Of a stretch of DNA of 64,000 bases, positions 8,290 through 19,733 are shown in pieces. Numbering within the stretch: position 1 is the first letter of the stretch; each line of letters opens with the position of its first letter. The stretch lies in the NCBI GenBank assembly GCA_050250895.1, contig JBFWNU010000001.1, positions 3,520,149 through 3,584,148 of the forward strand, read 5' to 3'. This stretch comes from Vulcanimicrobiota bacterium. Its GTDB lineage: Bacteria > Vulcanimicrobiota > Xenobia > Xenobiales > JADMJV01. The position numbers were made by a program, and so were the translations under genes. The notes beneath the pieces were generated by a model. It did not search any database. It had not been told where the DNA came from and worked only from the letters and a program-made list of their open reading frames with translations.

Positions 8290-10188
8290 TTAGAATCCCC
8301 AGCTCGGGTCCAGGTCCTCGACCGAGTTCTGGGTCAGACGACGACGGTTGCTTCCATCGGCATTCATGATGTAGATCTCATGGTTGCCGTCTTCGTCGCT
8401 GACGAAGGCAATCTGGGCACCATCGGGGCTAAAGACCGGTTGCGTATCTTCGCTCGCGGTGTTGCTGAGCCGGACGGGCAAGGTGGGGCTCAGCACCGGG
8501 ACCGAGTAGGTCTCGGCGTTGCCATCGCGATAAGAAGTAAAGACCACCGACGGATTAGTCTGGCTGCCGTCAAAGCTCGGACTGGTGTCTCGGGCGGGGC
8601 TGGTGGCCACCACGAACTCTACCCCGGTCTCGAGATTAAGCACGAAGATCTCTTCGTTACCCGCCACGACGCGGGAAAAACAGACGAGATCCCCGCCGGC
8701 CGACAGCGACGGGTGGGCCTCGACCTCGGGGGTAGTCACCAGGGCTGTCTGGCCGCCGCCGTCGCGGTCCATCACCCAGATGTCGTCATTCTTGACGAAG
8801 ACGACGGCGTCGCCGTCTTGAGACGCAAAGGGCTGGGTTCCGTCGACCAGAGTCTGGGGGGCAAACTCGAAAAGGTTGTCGACCAGAATTTGAGGAGAGC
8901 CGTTACGACCAGAGACATAGTAGATTCGATTGCGCTGCCAGCTGATGGATGGCTGGTTCTCGGCCGACCCGGCTTCGGACACGTTGCGAACGGCGGTGCC
9001 GTCCCAGTTCATGACGAAGGCTTCCCAGTCCCCGGTTCGGTTCGTGGTAAAGTAGATCTTCCCGGTCGGGATCATGGCCACCTTGGGTGAGGCCGCAGCC
9101 GACAGAGCCACCGACCGGCCAGCTTCATCCTCGACCGTGCAGGTGAAGACGAACCGATCTCCGTCAGAGGCCCCCACCGGTGGCCGCCAGACCCAGTGGG
9201 TTTCCCACTGCCGATCCTCTTCGACCCAGTCCATGCGCTTGCGCCCAGAGTCGGCGAAGGTTCCGCCGTCGGCCCGGGCCGAGCAGTAGAGAGGACCCCC
9301 GTCGGGGTCGCTGGCGCGCACCAAAATAGTGGCGTAGCCACTCACCGGAACGGTCGTGTCGACCCCGGCCGGCACGGTCGAGGCCACCTGCGAGGGCAGC
9401 ACGTCCATGAGGTCGATGACCGGTGGGGCAGTGCCTGGCCCTGACAAGGCCGGAGGCGACGCCACCGCTAACCCGAGGCTAGCGGTATCAGGCACCGAGC
9501 CGGCCTTCACCCCGGTCGAGACGGCCACGCCGCCGGCCGGCGAAATACTGACGGTGTAGGCGTGGCCAGCTGCGTCCAGCTGGAAATAGTTGGGCCCCAC
9601 CGTGGTGGCCGGACTGCCGCCGGGCGAGCCGGCGGGCGAGGCCTCGAGGCCGCTGGCCACCAGCACGTGAAACTCTCCGTCGAAGCTGACCAGATCGTTG
9701 GTGTGAACGGCTCCGTCGGGCGTAAACAAGAAGACGTAGTCGCCGTTTCCGCCAGACAGCCAGCCGCTGACGGTGACCGGGCCCTGTTTGGCGCCCAGCT
9801 CGCCCTGCCCGATCCTGGGGGTAGCCGAAGGCTGGCGCAGGTTGGCCGGGTTCACGTTCCAGTAGCCGTTGAAGATGGCCGCACCGCCGTGCTCTCTGCC
9901 AAGGTCGACCACCCGCACGATCCGGGGCTGCTCGCCTTCGAGCAGGTAGAACGACTGGCTGACCGGAGTGTTGCCGTTGTTGCTGGGGAAGGCGATACCG
10001 ATGGGTCGACCGTCGGCCACCGCCCGCTGTCGAGCTAGCTTGAACTCGCTAGCGAGCAACTCGGCCACCGCCCGAGAATCCATCGACCGCGGCGAGCGAG
10101 AAATCTGGCGGAGCCCCATCCCCAATACCAGGGTGAGGAGGGCACAAGCCACCAGGAGCTCGACAATGCTGAACCCCCTGCGCATCAT
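8290..10188 (-). CDS. Prepilin-type protein (FimU/GspH-like) with Ig-like and C-terminal TolB-like propeller domains
   Basis: Class III signal RRG|FSIVELL and PD40 repeats (PVFSPDGAQIAFVS...EIYIMNADG). Confidence 0.8.
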   Translation of the reverse strand: MMRRGFSIVELLVACALLTLVLGMGLRQISRSPRSMDSRAVAELLASEFKLARQRAVADGRPIGIAFPSNNGNTPVSQSFYLLEGEQPRIVRVVDLGREHGGAAIFNGYWNVNPANLRQPSATPRIGQGELGAKQGPVTVSGWLSGGNGDYVFLFTPDGAVHTNDLVSFDGEFHVLVASGLEASPAGSPGGSPATTVGPNYFQLDAAGHAYTVSISPAGGVAVSTGVKAGSVPDTASLGLAVASPPALSGPGTAPPVIDLMDVLPSQVASTVPAGVDTTVPVSGYATILVRASDPDGGPLYCSARADGGTFADSGRKRMDWVEEDRQWETHWVWRPPVGASDGDRFVFTCTVEDEAGRSVALSAAASPKVAMIPTGKIYFTTNRTGDWEAFVMNWDGTAVRNVSEAGSAENQPSISWQRNRIYYVSGRNGSPQILVDNLFEFAPQTLVDGTQPFASQDGDAVVFVKNDDIWVMDRDGGGQTALVTTPEVEAHPSLSAGGDLVCFSRVVAGNEEIFVLNLETGVEFVVATSPARDTSPSFDGSQTNPSVVFTSYRDGNAETYSVPVLSPTLPVRLSNTASEDTQPVFSPDGAQIAFVSDEDGNHEIYIMNADGSNRRRLTQNSVEDLDPSWGF

Positions 10189-10229
10189 CCGTGGATCTTC
10201 CCCGGGCTGGTTCGATTAACCTGCCAGCC

Positions 10230-10721
10230 CTACAGTCCGCCCAGCTCGCGCCAGACCAAGAATTCGTAGCGGCGGGGGTTGGCGAGGCTCAAATTCTGGT
10301 GGTCGTGTTCGGCGATGTCGAGTTCAGCATAGATCTCGCAGCGACCCAGCGGCGCTTCGCGGGGGCCCGCACTACCCACCGAGCGGATGCGCCAGACTCC
10401 GTAAGGCTCTCGCATGAATTGGCGGTCGATCGAGACGGTGTAGGTGCCGAGAAAGGTCGTGCCGTCAGTATCGAAGACATCTTCGGAATAAACGAAAATT
10501 TGCTGTTCATCGGCATTACGAGGAGGAAAGTCGTAATCTTTGATGGCCTTGAGTCGCAGGTCCTCCAGGCCGGCCTCGGCCAGGGCCCTGGCCTGGGCGG
10601 CCGCGCCGGCTCGCTCGGCGGCCCGATATTCGGCCGCCCGTTTGCCTAGAAAGGCCAGACCGATCACGAACAAGAGGCCCAACACCATCAGGCAAGCGAT
10701 GAGGGTCGAGCCGCGTCTCAA
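10230..10721 (-). CDS. PilX/GspK-like minor pilin
   Basis: RRG|STLIACL lacks Glu5; QARALAEAGLE motif. TTG start overlaps the upstream TGA. Confidence 0.75.
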   Translation of the reverse strand: MRRGSTLIACLMVLGLLFVIGLAFLGKRAAEYRAAERAGAAAQARALAEAGLEDLRLKAIKDYDFPPRNADEQQIFVYSEDVFDTDGTTFLGTYTVSIDRQFMREPYGVWRIRSVGSAGPREAPLGRCEIYAELDIAEHDHQNLSLANPRRYEFLVWRELGGL

Positions 10722-11257
10722 GGCAACATCCTCAGGCTGCGAGTTTGCAGGCTGACGACCCGTCCCTGTTGGGTGACCGACAGGATGATCTCGAGTTCTC
10801 CCTCGCCCAGGTTGCGGCATGAAAAGCCACTGATGCCGGTGGCCAGCAGTTGCTCGGAGGTCTGGCCGCCGACGGTGATTTTTCGATAGAAGTTGGCGTT
10901 GTCGGCATAGTAGGCCACCTCGACCCGCTGGGGTATCGGCACCCAGCTCGAAGGGAGCGGGGTTGGCAGCGCGCTGGGGAAGCGCAGGTCGTCATCGGGG
11001 TGGGGCTTGCGAAAGCGCAGCTCAGAGACCCAGCCACTAGACCCGTCGCCGGGCGAGAGCCGTTCGACGGCCTCGCGATATTCCAGTCTTACCCGGTCGA
11101 GGGCTATCTGGGCTGATTCGGTAACACGCTCGCGGGTGCTGGCTGCCCGCGTGACCATGGAGTATTCCCGAAACAGATCGCCGACCACGCCCAGGACGAC
11201 GAAGACCAGGCCGAGGGTGACCAGCATCTCGAGGATGGTAAGGCCACGTCGCCTCAT
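10718..11257 (-). CDS. PilW/GspJ-like minor pilin
   Basis: MRRRG|LTILEML; ATGA overlap with the upstream gene. Confidence 0.8.
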   Translation of the reverse strand: MRRRGLTILEMLVTLGLVFVVLGVVGDLFREYSMVTRAASTRERVTESAQIALDRVRLEYREAVERLSPGDGSSGWVSELRFRKPHPDDDLRFPSALPTPLPSSWVPIPQRVEVAYYADNANFYRKITVGGQTSEQLLATGISGFSCRNLGEGELEIILSVTQQGRVVSLQTRSLRMLP

Positions 11258-12039
11258 GGACCGGCCCCCAGCGTGATGTCGGGGCCGAAGCCGACGTATT
11301 CGGTGCCTCGGTAAAGGCAAATGGCCACCATGCGGATGCTCCCGCCCAGATATTCTGGGCCGGTATCGCCGGAAGTCTCGTTTTTGAAAGTGGCTAAAGA
11401 CCCGGCCCGGTTGCTCCACCACTCTCCGTCACCGTTGCTCGAGTCGAGATCCCAGGCGAAAAAGACGTCGCGAATGGGGACTCCGTTGGCATCGAGCAGT
11501 TCGGCCGTAAAACTGATGGTGGCTCCCGGGGGCAAAGGACTGGTGTTGGGACCCACGACCGAAACGGCGATGGGGCCCGGGGTCTTAACTTCACGCGACG
11601 GGTCGCAAATGAGGGTGACCAGCGAGAGCGTGCCACCTTCATAGTCGACCGTGACCTTGACCTTCTTGGTGGATTCGTCGAGGTTTTTGGGTTCGCTCTC
11701 GATGGACTCGAACGAGGTCGAGGCCGAATAGATCGGATGGTCCACCACCTCGACGCTCGTGACGAAGCCGGGGTTGAGCGGGTCGGGGCCGCTGGCGCCG
11801 TCGTAGAGCGACCAGTCGTCGAAGTGATAGGCGCCCGAGCGGCGCCGCGACCATGCCTTGATTTCATCGAGTTTGCGCTGAGCGATGGTGGCCGCCAACT
11901 GGCGGCGCTCGATGCGGTTGACCAACCCGAGGCTGCGATGAAACAGCCCGAACAAGATCATCATGGCGGCGATCAACACGAAGATCGCCACCACCGTCTC
12001 CACCAGGCCTAGCCCCCGCCGCCCGCAACGCAAACTCAC
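11254..12039 (-). CDS. PilV/GspI-like minor pilin with C-terminal Ig-like domain
   Basis: RRG|LGLVETVVAIFVL; KKVKVTVDY. Confidence 0.75.
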   Translation of the reverse strand: MSLRCGRRGLGLVETVVAIFVLIAAMMILFGLFHRSLGLVNRIERRQLAATIAQRKLDEIKAWSRRRSGAYHFDDWSLYDGASGPDPLNPGFVTSVEVVDHPIYSASTSFESIESEPKNLDESTKKVKVTVDYEGGTLSLVTLICDPSREVKTPGPIAVSVVGPNTSPLPPGATISFTAELLDANGVPIRDVFFAWDLDSSNGDGEWWSNRAGSLATFKNETSGDTGPEYLGGSIRMVAICLYRGTEYVGFGPDITLGAGP

Positions 12040-12071
12040 ACAAATAGCCTATCAGATAGCCGCAGGATTTG

Positions 12072-12560
12072 CTACGGAGACGGCTGTGCTTCTGCTTCGC
12101 CCGGCGTCTCGTCTCCGGCCGGGGGCAGCTCTTTCTTCACCCAGGCGGTATAGATCTTTCGGTTGTTTTCTTCATTCGACTCGGCGATGACCTTGTCGGG
12201 GTCGACGATCACCAACAGGCGGACCGAGTCGGAATTGGTGACCTCGACCCCGGCGAATTCGGCGGGACGCTTTTCGTTCTTGTCGAGCCCGTCGATTTCG
12301 ACGCTTTGCGAGGTCCGCTCGCCGGTGCTCTGAATCACCACCAGCTCCACCTTGATTTTTTGCTCAACCCGTCCCTCCGCTGGATTCTCGATAGTGGCCA
12401 CCACTTTGTTGGCGGGACCGAGGGTGACTCCTTCGGGGGCGACGATGCGACCGATTACGAGGTCTGGTTGGGGGGTTGGCTTGGGTTGCTCTTCTTCGGC
12501 CAGGGCCGAACCGCTGAGCAGGCTCAGCAAGCAAAACGAGGCGATAGCAAATTTGACCAT
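12072..12560 (-). CDS. Secreted CARDB-domain protein
   Basis: Signal peptide, then PDLVI...VDPDKVIAESNEENN. Confidence 0.8.
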   Translation of the reverse strand: MVKFAIASFCLLSLLSGSALAEEEQPKPTPQPDLVIGRIVAPEGVTLGPANKVVATIENPAEGRVEQKIKVELVVIQSTGERTSQSVEIDGLDKNEKRPAEFAGVEVTNSDSVRLLVIVDPDKVIAESNEENNRKIYTAWVKKELPPAGDETPGEAEAQPSP

Positions 12561-12609
12561 GGGCTAGGGTTGGTCAGACGAGCCCGGTCTCCTTCAGTGG
12601 GGGGAGAGG

Positions 12610-13203
12610 TTATAGTTCGGTGACGCGGCGGGACTCGATGAAGCGCGCCAGCAAACCGCGCTCGGCGTCGCCCAGGTCGACAAAGCGCAAGCCGGCATGA
12701 AATCGGTCGTTGGCCTTCTGGGCGCACCAGCGGATTTCAGCCTGGCAAACGATGGCCGGCAGGTTGGCGTCGTCGAGATCGAGCGAGAGGGTCAGGCGGG
12801 CCCCGATTTCGAGCGGGGCTCCTAACACCATCCGGCAGCCGCCCGTGGAAATGTCTTCGGTGGTGCTGGTGAAGCCGGGCAATTCGTGCGAGACCACGCG
12901 CATCACCCGCTCGAGTCGTTCTTCGGTGCGCCGGTCGGCCAGCAGGGGCGAGTCGCCTTCGAGCTTGGCCCGATAAAGCTGCTGGGCGGGGTCGAACGAT
13001 TGGATATCGAGTTTGGTTCGGACCCGCCCGCGGGCGGTGTTGGCGCGCACGGTCACCGCGGCCAGGGGTAGCGCGCGGCGCGAACGAAACGAGACCAATC
13101 CGTCTTCGAAGGCAACGATGTCAACTTTGGGAGCGGGATGGAGCAGATTCTTCAGCAAGGCTTTCACAGCGGCACCTTCATTCTTCTGGGCTTGTACCAG
13201 CAT
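12610..13203 (-). CDS. PilZ domain protein
   Basis: RRTEER, DISTGG and AGLRF motifs. Confidence 0.85.
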   Translation of the reverse strand: MLVQAQKNEGAAVKALLKNLLHPAPKVDIVAFEDGLVSFRSRRALPLAAVTVRANTARGRVRTKLDIQSFDPAQQLYRAKLEGDSPLLADRRTEERLERVMRVVSHELPGFTSTTEDISTGGCRMVLGAPLEIGARLTLSLDLDDANLPAIVCQAEIRWCAQKANDRFHAGLRFVDLGDAERGLLARFIESRRVTEL

Positions 13204-13283
13204 AGCTGTCCCGCGCCCAAAGACACAGAAACGGCACTACTAAAGGCTTGCAGTAGATTCGTGCAGGGTCGCCCCCGGAGCCG

Positions 13284-14381
13284 ATGGAACAAACCGCCCT
13301 GTTGGTCGCACATTTGGACTATAGACCCGACTTATTGATCGTCGGCGCCGGGCTCATCGGGCTGGCCATCGCCTGGCGCTGCGCCCAACGCGATTTGAGA
13401 GTCGCCGTGGTCGATCCCGACCCCGGGCGCGGCGCCTCACGGGTGGGGGCCGGGCTGTTGCTGCGGGCTGGGGGAAGGATTTCGCGTCGCCACCTGGACC
13501 TCCGGCAGGCCTCGCTCGAGAGCTATCCGTCTTTCGTGGCCGAGCTCGAACAGGAAACGGGTCTCGACATCACCTTCAGTCAAACCGGCCTGCTGACGGT
13601 GGCCCTGGGCGAGAGCGCCCACCAGTCGTTGGAGGGGCTGGCCGGCTGCCTGCGGGGGTTGGGGGTGGACAACCGGCTATTAAAGGCAGACGAATGCCGG
13701 CGCCACGAGCCCGCCCTCAGTCCGGCTGTCGCCGCCGGCCTCTACACCCCGGACGCCCAGGTGGACCCCGAGCAGCTCCAGGCTGCTCTGGCAGCTGCTT
13801 GCCGAACTCGGGGGGTCACCGTGCTCGAGGCCACGGCTGTCCGGGTGGAGGCTGCCCAGGTGCAGTTGGATGACGGGCGCGAGTTGGAAGCCGGGCAGAC
13901 GCTGGTGGCGGCAGGCTGCTGGAGCGGTCAACTGCTGCCCGAGCTTGGGCTGTATCCGGTCAAGGGCGAGGTGGTCCACTTACGTGGCCCGGCCGACTTG
14001 CTACGGGCCAACCTGCAATGGCAACAGCAAGACCTGTATGTGGCCAACCGAGGCGACGGTCGTCTGGTCATCGGCGCCAGCGAGGAAGAGGTGGGCTTCG
14101 ACCGGCGCTCCACGGTGGGGGCGGTCAGCCGCTTGCTTCGGCAGGCGGCCGAGTTGGTGCCGGCGCTGGCGAGCTTCGAACTGATCGAGACCCGGGCCGG
14201 CCTCAGGCCCAAGGTGAGCGACGGTCTGCCCGTCCTCGGACGGATGCCCAACGGCGTGCTGGTGGCCACCGGCCATTACCGCAACGGCATCTTGCTGACG
14301 CCGGTCACGGCCGCTGCGATGGCCGACCTGGTGATCAGCGACCGCACCCAGCCGCTCATCGCGCCTTTCAGGCCGAGATAG
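13284..14381 (+). CDS. thiO: Glycine oxidase
   Basis: GAGLIG, PVKGE, AGLRP and ATGHYRNGILL motifs. Confidence 0.8.
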   Translation: MEQTALLVAHLDYRPDLLIVGAGLIGLAIAWRCAQRDLRVAVVDPDPGRGASRVGAGLLLRAGGRISRRHLDLRQASLESYPSFVAELEQETGLDITFSQTGLLTVALGESAHQSLEGLAGCLRGLGVDNRLLKADECRRHEPALSPAVAAGLYTPDAQVDPEQLQAALAAACRTRGVTVLEATAVRVEAAQVQLDDGRELEAGQTLVAAGCWSGQLLPELGLYPVKGEVVHLRGPADLLRANLQWQQQDLYVANRGDGRLVIGASEEEVGFDRRSTVGAVSRLLRQAAELVPALASFELIETRAGLRPKVSDGLPVLGRMPNGVLVATGHYRNGILLTPVTAAAMADLVISDRTQPLIAPFRPR

Positions 14382-15912
14382 CCTCCTCGGCCAGATCCAG
14401 CAGACCCTCGATGGGAAACGGTTTGGCCAGACACTTGACCACGCCCAGACGCAGGGCCTCGGCCTGAACGTCGCCCGCCAGCGTGCCACTGACGAGAATG
14501 ATGGGAACGCCCCCCGAGGGAAGCTGGCGCAGCACATCCAGGCCCGAGATCCCGGGCAGACCGTGGTCGAGCACGCACACCTTGGGAGGCAAGGTGCGGA
14601 TGGCGTCGAGCGCTTCTTCACCGGTGCGCAGGTGCTTGATGCGAAAGCCCCGCAAACGGGCCATGCGGGTGACGATGACGGCCAGGGCCTCGTCGTCTTC
14701 CACCAGCACGATGTCGGGCGGTTGCTCGGCCGGTGGACTGGCCAGCACGACCTGGTTTCGGCCCGCTCGCTTGCCTTCATAGAGGGCCCCGTCAGCCAGC
14801 CGGAAGAGGTCGCCGAGATTGAAGCCGTCTCGGCCCAGCTCGGCCACCCCGGCGGTGTAGGTCACGGCCACCTCGGGGTCAAAGTCAAAGCGCAGGCTAC
14901 TAAAGGTCTGGGCCAAACCTTCCAGCCGCTTGGCCGCATTCTCCTTGCTCGAATCGTAGAGCGCCACCAGAAACTCTTCGCCGCCCCAACGCGAGACGAT
15001 GTCCTCCTGGCGAAACGACCTTCTGAGCAGTTCGCCCAGCCTGGCCAGCACTTCGTCGCCGGCGCCATGACCGTAGGTGTCGTTGAGTTGCTTGAAGCGG
15101 TCGACATCGAGCATGGCCAGACTGAAGGGCTTTTCCTTGCGGGCGGCCAGGCGCACCATCTGGTCCAGAAAAGGGGCAGCGTTGCGGCGGGCCAGGCAGC
15201 CGGTGAGCGTGTCGCGCTGTTGCAGTCGAAAAGGTCGATTGCGCTGCATTCGGCTGGCCAGACGTCCGAGCACGTAGGCAAGACCCGCCTGGGTGCAGAG
15301 CACGTCGTCCCCCCCGGCTTCCAGGGCCATGGTCTCCTGGGCCGGGGTGTCGGTCAGAAAGGCGATAGTCAATCGCATCCAGCGCGGGTCCGAACGCACC
15401 ATCTTGCATAAGGTGGCACCGTCGAGATCAGGGGCATCATAGTGCAGCAACAGCATGTCGGGGCGAAATGCCTCGAGCAGGTCCAGGCATTCCTGGGCGC
15501 TGCGGCCGCTGCGCACCTGCCAACCGATGGCTTGCAGCATCTCGGTGTCGATGGAGGCCTGGCGGGGCGAGTCGATGACCACCAGGCGTTCGGGTTCGAG
15601 TTCCGCGTTAAGGATGGTCTCGGCCAGATAGGCCGCCAGGGTGGCCGGGTCGCTTTCGGCGATAGCCAGCGTGGCCCCTTGTTCGAGAGCCTCGAGGCGG
15701 GCTTTGAGCGTGTTCGTCACCAGCGCAACCACCGGACATGCATGATGAGAGGCTTCGCGCGAGCACTCTACCAGATCGACCAACACGGCAGCCGGCACCG
15801 AAGAGACCTCCACTGCCTGTAGGCCGAAAGGGCGCAACGCCCGCATGAGCTCGCGAAAGAGCTTGGGTCGCTCGGTTCTCACCAGCACCTGGTTCGATTG
15901 TCGAAAGTTCAT
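14368..15912 (-). CDS. Response-regulator diguanylate cyclase (degenerate REC domains, GGDEF, C-terminal REC)
   Basis: DTLTG, DVDRFKQLNDTYGH, RQED I-site and GGEEF. C-terminal REC: VEDD...LDHGLPG...KPF. Confidence 0.9.
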   Translation of the reverse strand: MNFRQSNQVLVRTERPKLFRELMRALRPFGLQAVEVSSVPAAVLVDLVECSREASHHACPVVALVTNTLKARLEALEQGATLAIAESDPATLAAYLAETILNAELEPERLVVIDSPRQASIDTEMLQAIGWQVRSGRSAQECLDLLEAFRPDMLLLHYDAPDLDGATLCKMVRSDPRWMRLTIAFLTDTPAQETMALEAGGDDVLCTQAGLAYVLGRLASRMQRNRPFRLQQRDTLTGCLARRNAAPFLDQMVRLAARKEKPFSLAMLDVDRFKQLNDTYGHGAGDEVLARLGELLRRSFRQEDIVSRWGGEEFLVALYDSSKENAAKRLEGLAQTFSSLRFDFDPEVAVTYTAGVAELGRDGFNLGDLFRLADGALYEGKRAGRNQVVLASPPAEQPPDIVLVEDDEALAVIVTRMARLRGFRIKHLRTGEEALDAIRTLPPKVCVLDHGLPGISGLDVLRQLPSGGVPIILVSGTLAGDVQAEALRLGVVKCLAKPFPIEGLLDLAEEAISA

Positions 15913-16008
15913 CGAAAGAAGGTATCGGTCAGGATCGCGGTTTCGATAGGGGGAGGCCATCCCCGTCCGTGGGTAGAATTAGATCCGCTCGGGGGCAGGA
16001 GTTATCAC

Positions 16009-17574
<1,566 letters not shown>

Positions 17575-17613
17575 GGCGGCGGCGGTTGGCCCTACCACTA
17601 CTGGAGGTTACAT

Positions 17614-18300
17614 ATGTTAAAGAAATTCCTTGCCGCGGCCATGATCTTGGCCTGTCTGGCTGCCTGCGAAACCGGCGACGGCGACAATCCCATGACCACG
17701 GGCAACGCCAACAACGCGGCTGCGCCGCCGCCGCCGCCGGCTGCCACCTGCACCACCGGCACTGTCGTCAACGTCCCCTTCGTGGCCAACCCGGCCGACA
17801 ACACCCAGGGCTTCGCCTTCGCCTTTACCGATCTCATGGGCACCAACGCCATGACCGGCGACATTTCGGCAGTCAATCCTGGCGGTGCCGTGACCGGTGG
17901 GGCTGGAGGCGCCATGGGCCAGGTGCTCAACGCCACGCTCAACGTCAACGCCACCAACAATAGCGTGATCACCATCGTGATCAATGGCTCACCCGGCAAC
18001 GCTCTGGTGCAAGGCGCCACCATCCCGGTGGTCGGCCCCGCCGGGCCGCCGCCCGGAGCGACCCAGTTCGCCGTGATCAACATCGCCCAGGCCGTAGGCG
18101 GTCAGGCCAGCTGGCTGGGTGCGGGTGGCAACATCGTGCTCACCACTCTGGCTCCGCCGGTCGGCAACGCGGCCGGTATCACCGGTGTGACCTTGCAGGG
18201 CGTCTGTTTCTTGCCCAACCAGGGCTCGACCGCCCAGGGCACCTTCACCCTCAACGGAGTAGCCCAAGCGGCCAACATCATCAACGCCGGCGGCCTGTAA
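17614..18300 (+). CDS. Lipoprotein of unknown function, G/A/N/T-rich
   Basis: GGAGG RBS, lipobox LAAC, Pro linker. Confidence 0.8.
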   Translation: MLKKFLAAAMILACLAACETGDGDNPMTTGNANNAAAPPPPPAATCTTGTVVNVPFVANPADNTQGFAFAFTDLMGTNAMTGDISAVNPGGAVTGGAGGAMGQVLNATLNVNATNNSVITIVINGSPGNALVQGATIPVVGPAGPPPGATQFAVINIAQAVGGQASWLGAGGNIVLTTLAPPVGNAAGITGVTLQGVCFLPNQGSTAQGTFTLNGVAQAANIINAGGL

Positions 18301-18318
18301 TCCACCGTCGTCCTGGCG

Positions 18319-18348
18319 AGGGCCCTCTCCGGAGGGCCCTTTTTCTTT
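18319..18348 (+). terminator. Intrinsic terminator
   Basis: AGGGCCCTC-tccg-GAGGGCCCT followed by TTTTCTTT. Confidence 0.85.
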
Positions 18349-18351
18349 GGG

Positions 18352-19626
18352 CTAGTACCACTCGGCGCTGGTCAGACGAGCCTTCATCGTGCGCTGCACC
18401 TCGCGGGCCGCCTTCTTGATGCCCTCTCCGGTGAGCGCATCGAACAGCGAACTCAAGGCTTGAGCCGGGTTTTCCTTCTTGTGGGCGTCTGGCGGTCTTT
18501 GGATGGGCGGGTCCACCTGGCTATTGAGCAGCAGGTCGGCCATGCGTCTCCAAGAGGTGACGACCTCTTCGGTCAGCGCCTCGAAGGCCTCATCCCGGAT
18601 CACCCCAAAGCCCGACAGGTCATAGCGGAGTCGATCGGCGCTGGCCACCGCCCAGGCACCGGCCCCGGCCTTGAAGAGCACCAGGGTCGTAACGACCACT
18701 CCCTCTCGCACGAGAGCCACTCGGGCTGGACCCTCGAGGCCCACTTCCAGTCTTGAGGCGAATCGACAGGGGATGGGGCCACCCACGCTTGCCTCTTCGA
18801 GACTGAAGTCCCCGGTATAAACCAGCCAGGGCGGCAGAGGCTCGCCCAGGTCGAGGGGGCTCTTTCGGGTCGAGCGGGATACGCCCGAGTCCAGACGACG
18901 TTCGCGTGGGCTCGGGCCCTGCACCCGTAACGGTCCCCCAGGCGTGACCTCATACCACTCGAAGAGGTTGTAAGCCACCGTCAACTCTTTGTGCCAACTG
19001 GCTGGTGCCGGCGCTCGCACGATGTCTCGAACGGTCCGGCCGTCGACGCTAAGGTCCACCGGCGCGAAGCCGCAACACTCGGCTACGGCCGCGGCCTCGA
19101 GCGTGTTGGGACTGGTCAAGGTCCAGGCCCAGGGCTTGATCAGACGAAAACAGTATTGGTGCTGGCCGGCCACGGCGGGTCCACCGGGTGGTCGGGCGTC
19201 GTTGCTTCGCTTGAGTTGGCCGTTCTCGAGGACAAAGGCTGCGCTCTCGCCAGGCCCCCAATAGCCGAAGAAGAGGGAGCGATACTTTACTCCCAGAGCG
19301 GCGCGCAGACCGGTGACCAGGTGACCCATCGCCCCTGCCAACCCTACCTCAGCCACGGCCATGGCGGGCAGCAGTTCCTCGATCGGCAACGGCTCATCAA
19401 GCCCGAACCGCACCTGGACCGTGGTTCGATTGATCTTGATGTGGACGGCCTCGGCCCGGGCGGCAACCGCGGCCTGGACGAGTTTGAGCACATAATCACC
19501 CTTGCCCGGCAGGCGGAAGGCGCGCAGCTTGTCGACGGCCCGCTCCATCGAGACGGTGAAACTACCGCTCGACTCGATCTCGCCCTCGCCGGCCAATTTG
19601 CCGAGCATCAGCTGAAGCTTGTCCAC
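18352..19626 (-). CDS. Hypothetical protein with degenerate HSP90/GHKL-like N-terminal region
   Basis: Long ORF filling the gap between neighbours. N-terminus SGSFTVSMERA...YVLKLVQAAVA resembles that of 41964-45002. Confidence 0.6.
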   Translation of the reverse strand: MDKLQLMLGKLAGEGEIESSGSFTVSMERAVDKLRAFRLPGKGDYVLKLVQAAVAARAEAVHIKINRTTVQVRFGLDEPLPIEELLPAMAVAEVGLAGAMGHLVTGLRAALGVKYRSLFFGYWGPGESAAFVLENGQLKRSNDARPPGGPAVAGQHQYCFRLIKPWAWTLTSPNTLEAAAVAECCGFAPVDLSVDGRTVRDIVRAPAPASWHKELTVAYNLFEWYEVTPGGPLRVQGPSPRERRLDSGVSRSTRKSPLDLGEPLPPWLVYTGDFSLEEASVGGPIPCRFASRLEVGLEGPARVALVREGVVVTTLVLFKAGAGAWAVASADRLRYDLSGFGVIRDEAFEALTEEVVTSWRRMADLLLNSQVDPPIQRPPDAHKKENPAQALSSLFDALTGEGIKKAAREVQRTMKARLTSAEWY

Positions 19627-19672
19627 GGCGGGCGGTTCTGGGCTTCAGGCGAGCATCCCTGTGAATTCGGGG

Positions 19673-19701
19673 TTGCCATGCTCGGCAATTCCGGGTATAC
19701 T
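19673..19701 (+). promoter_or_regulatory. Sigma70-type promoter of glgB
   Basis: TTGCCA-N17-TATACT. Confidence 0.65.
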
Positions 19702-19733
19702 GCGCAAAACAAATAGTGTTGGAGATACACCAA

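Noticed and set aside
13284-14381. Thiamine operon or TPP riboswitch around thiO
   Set aside because: No thiS or thiG is adjacent, and I see no TPP riboswitch core in the short upstream gap.
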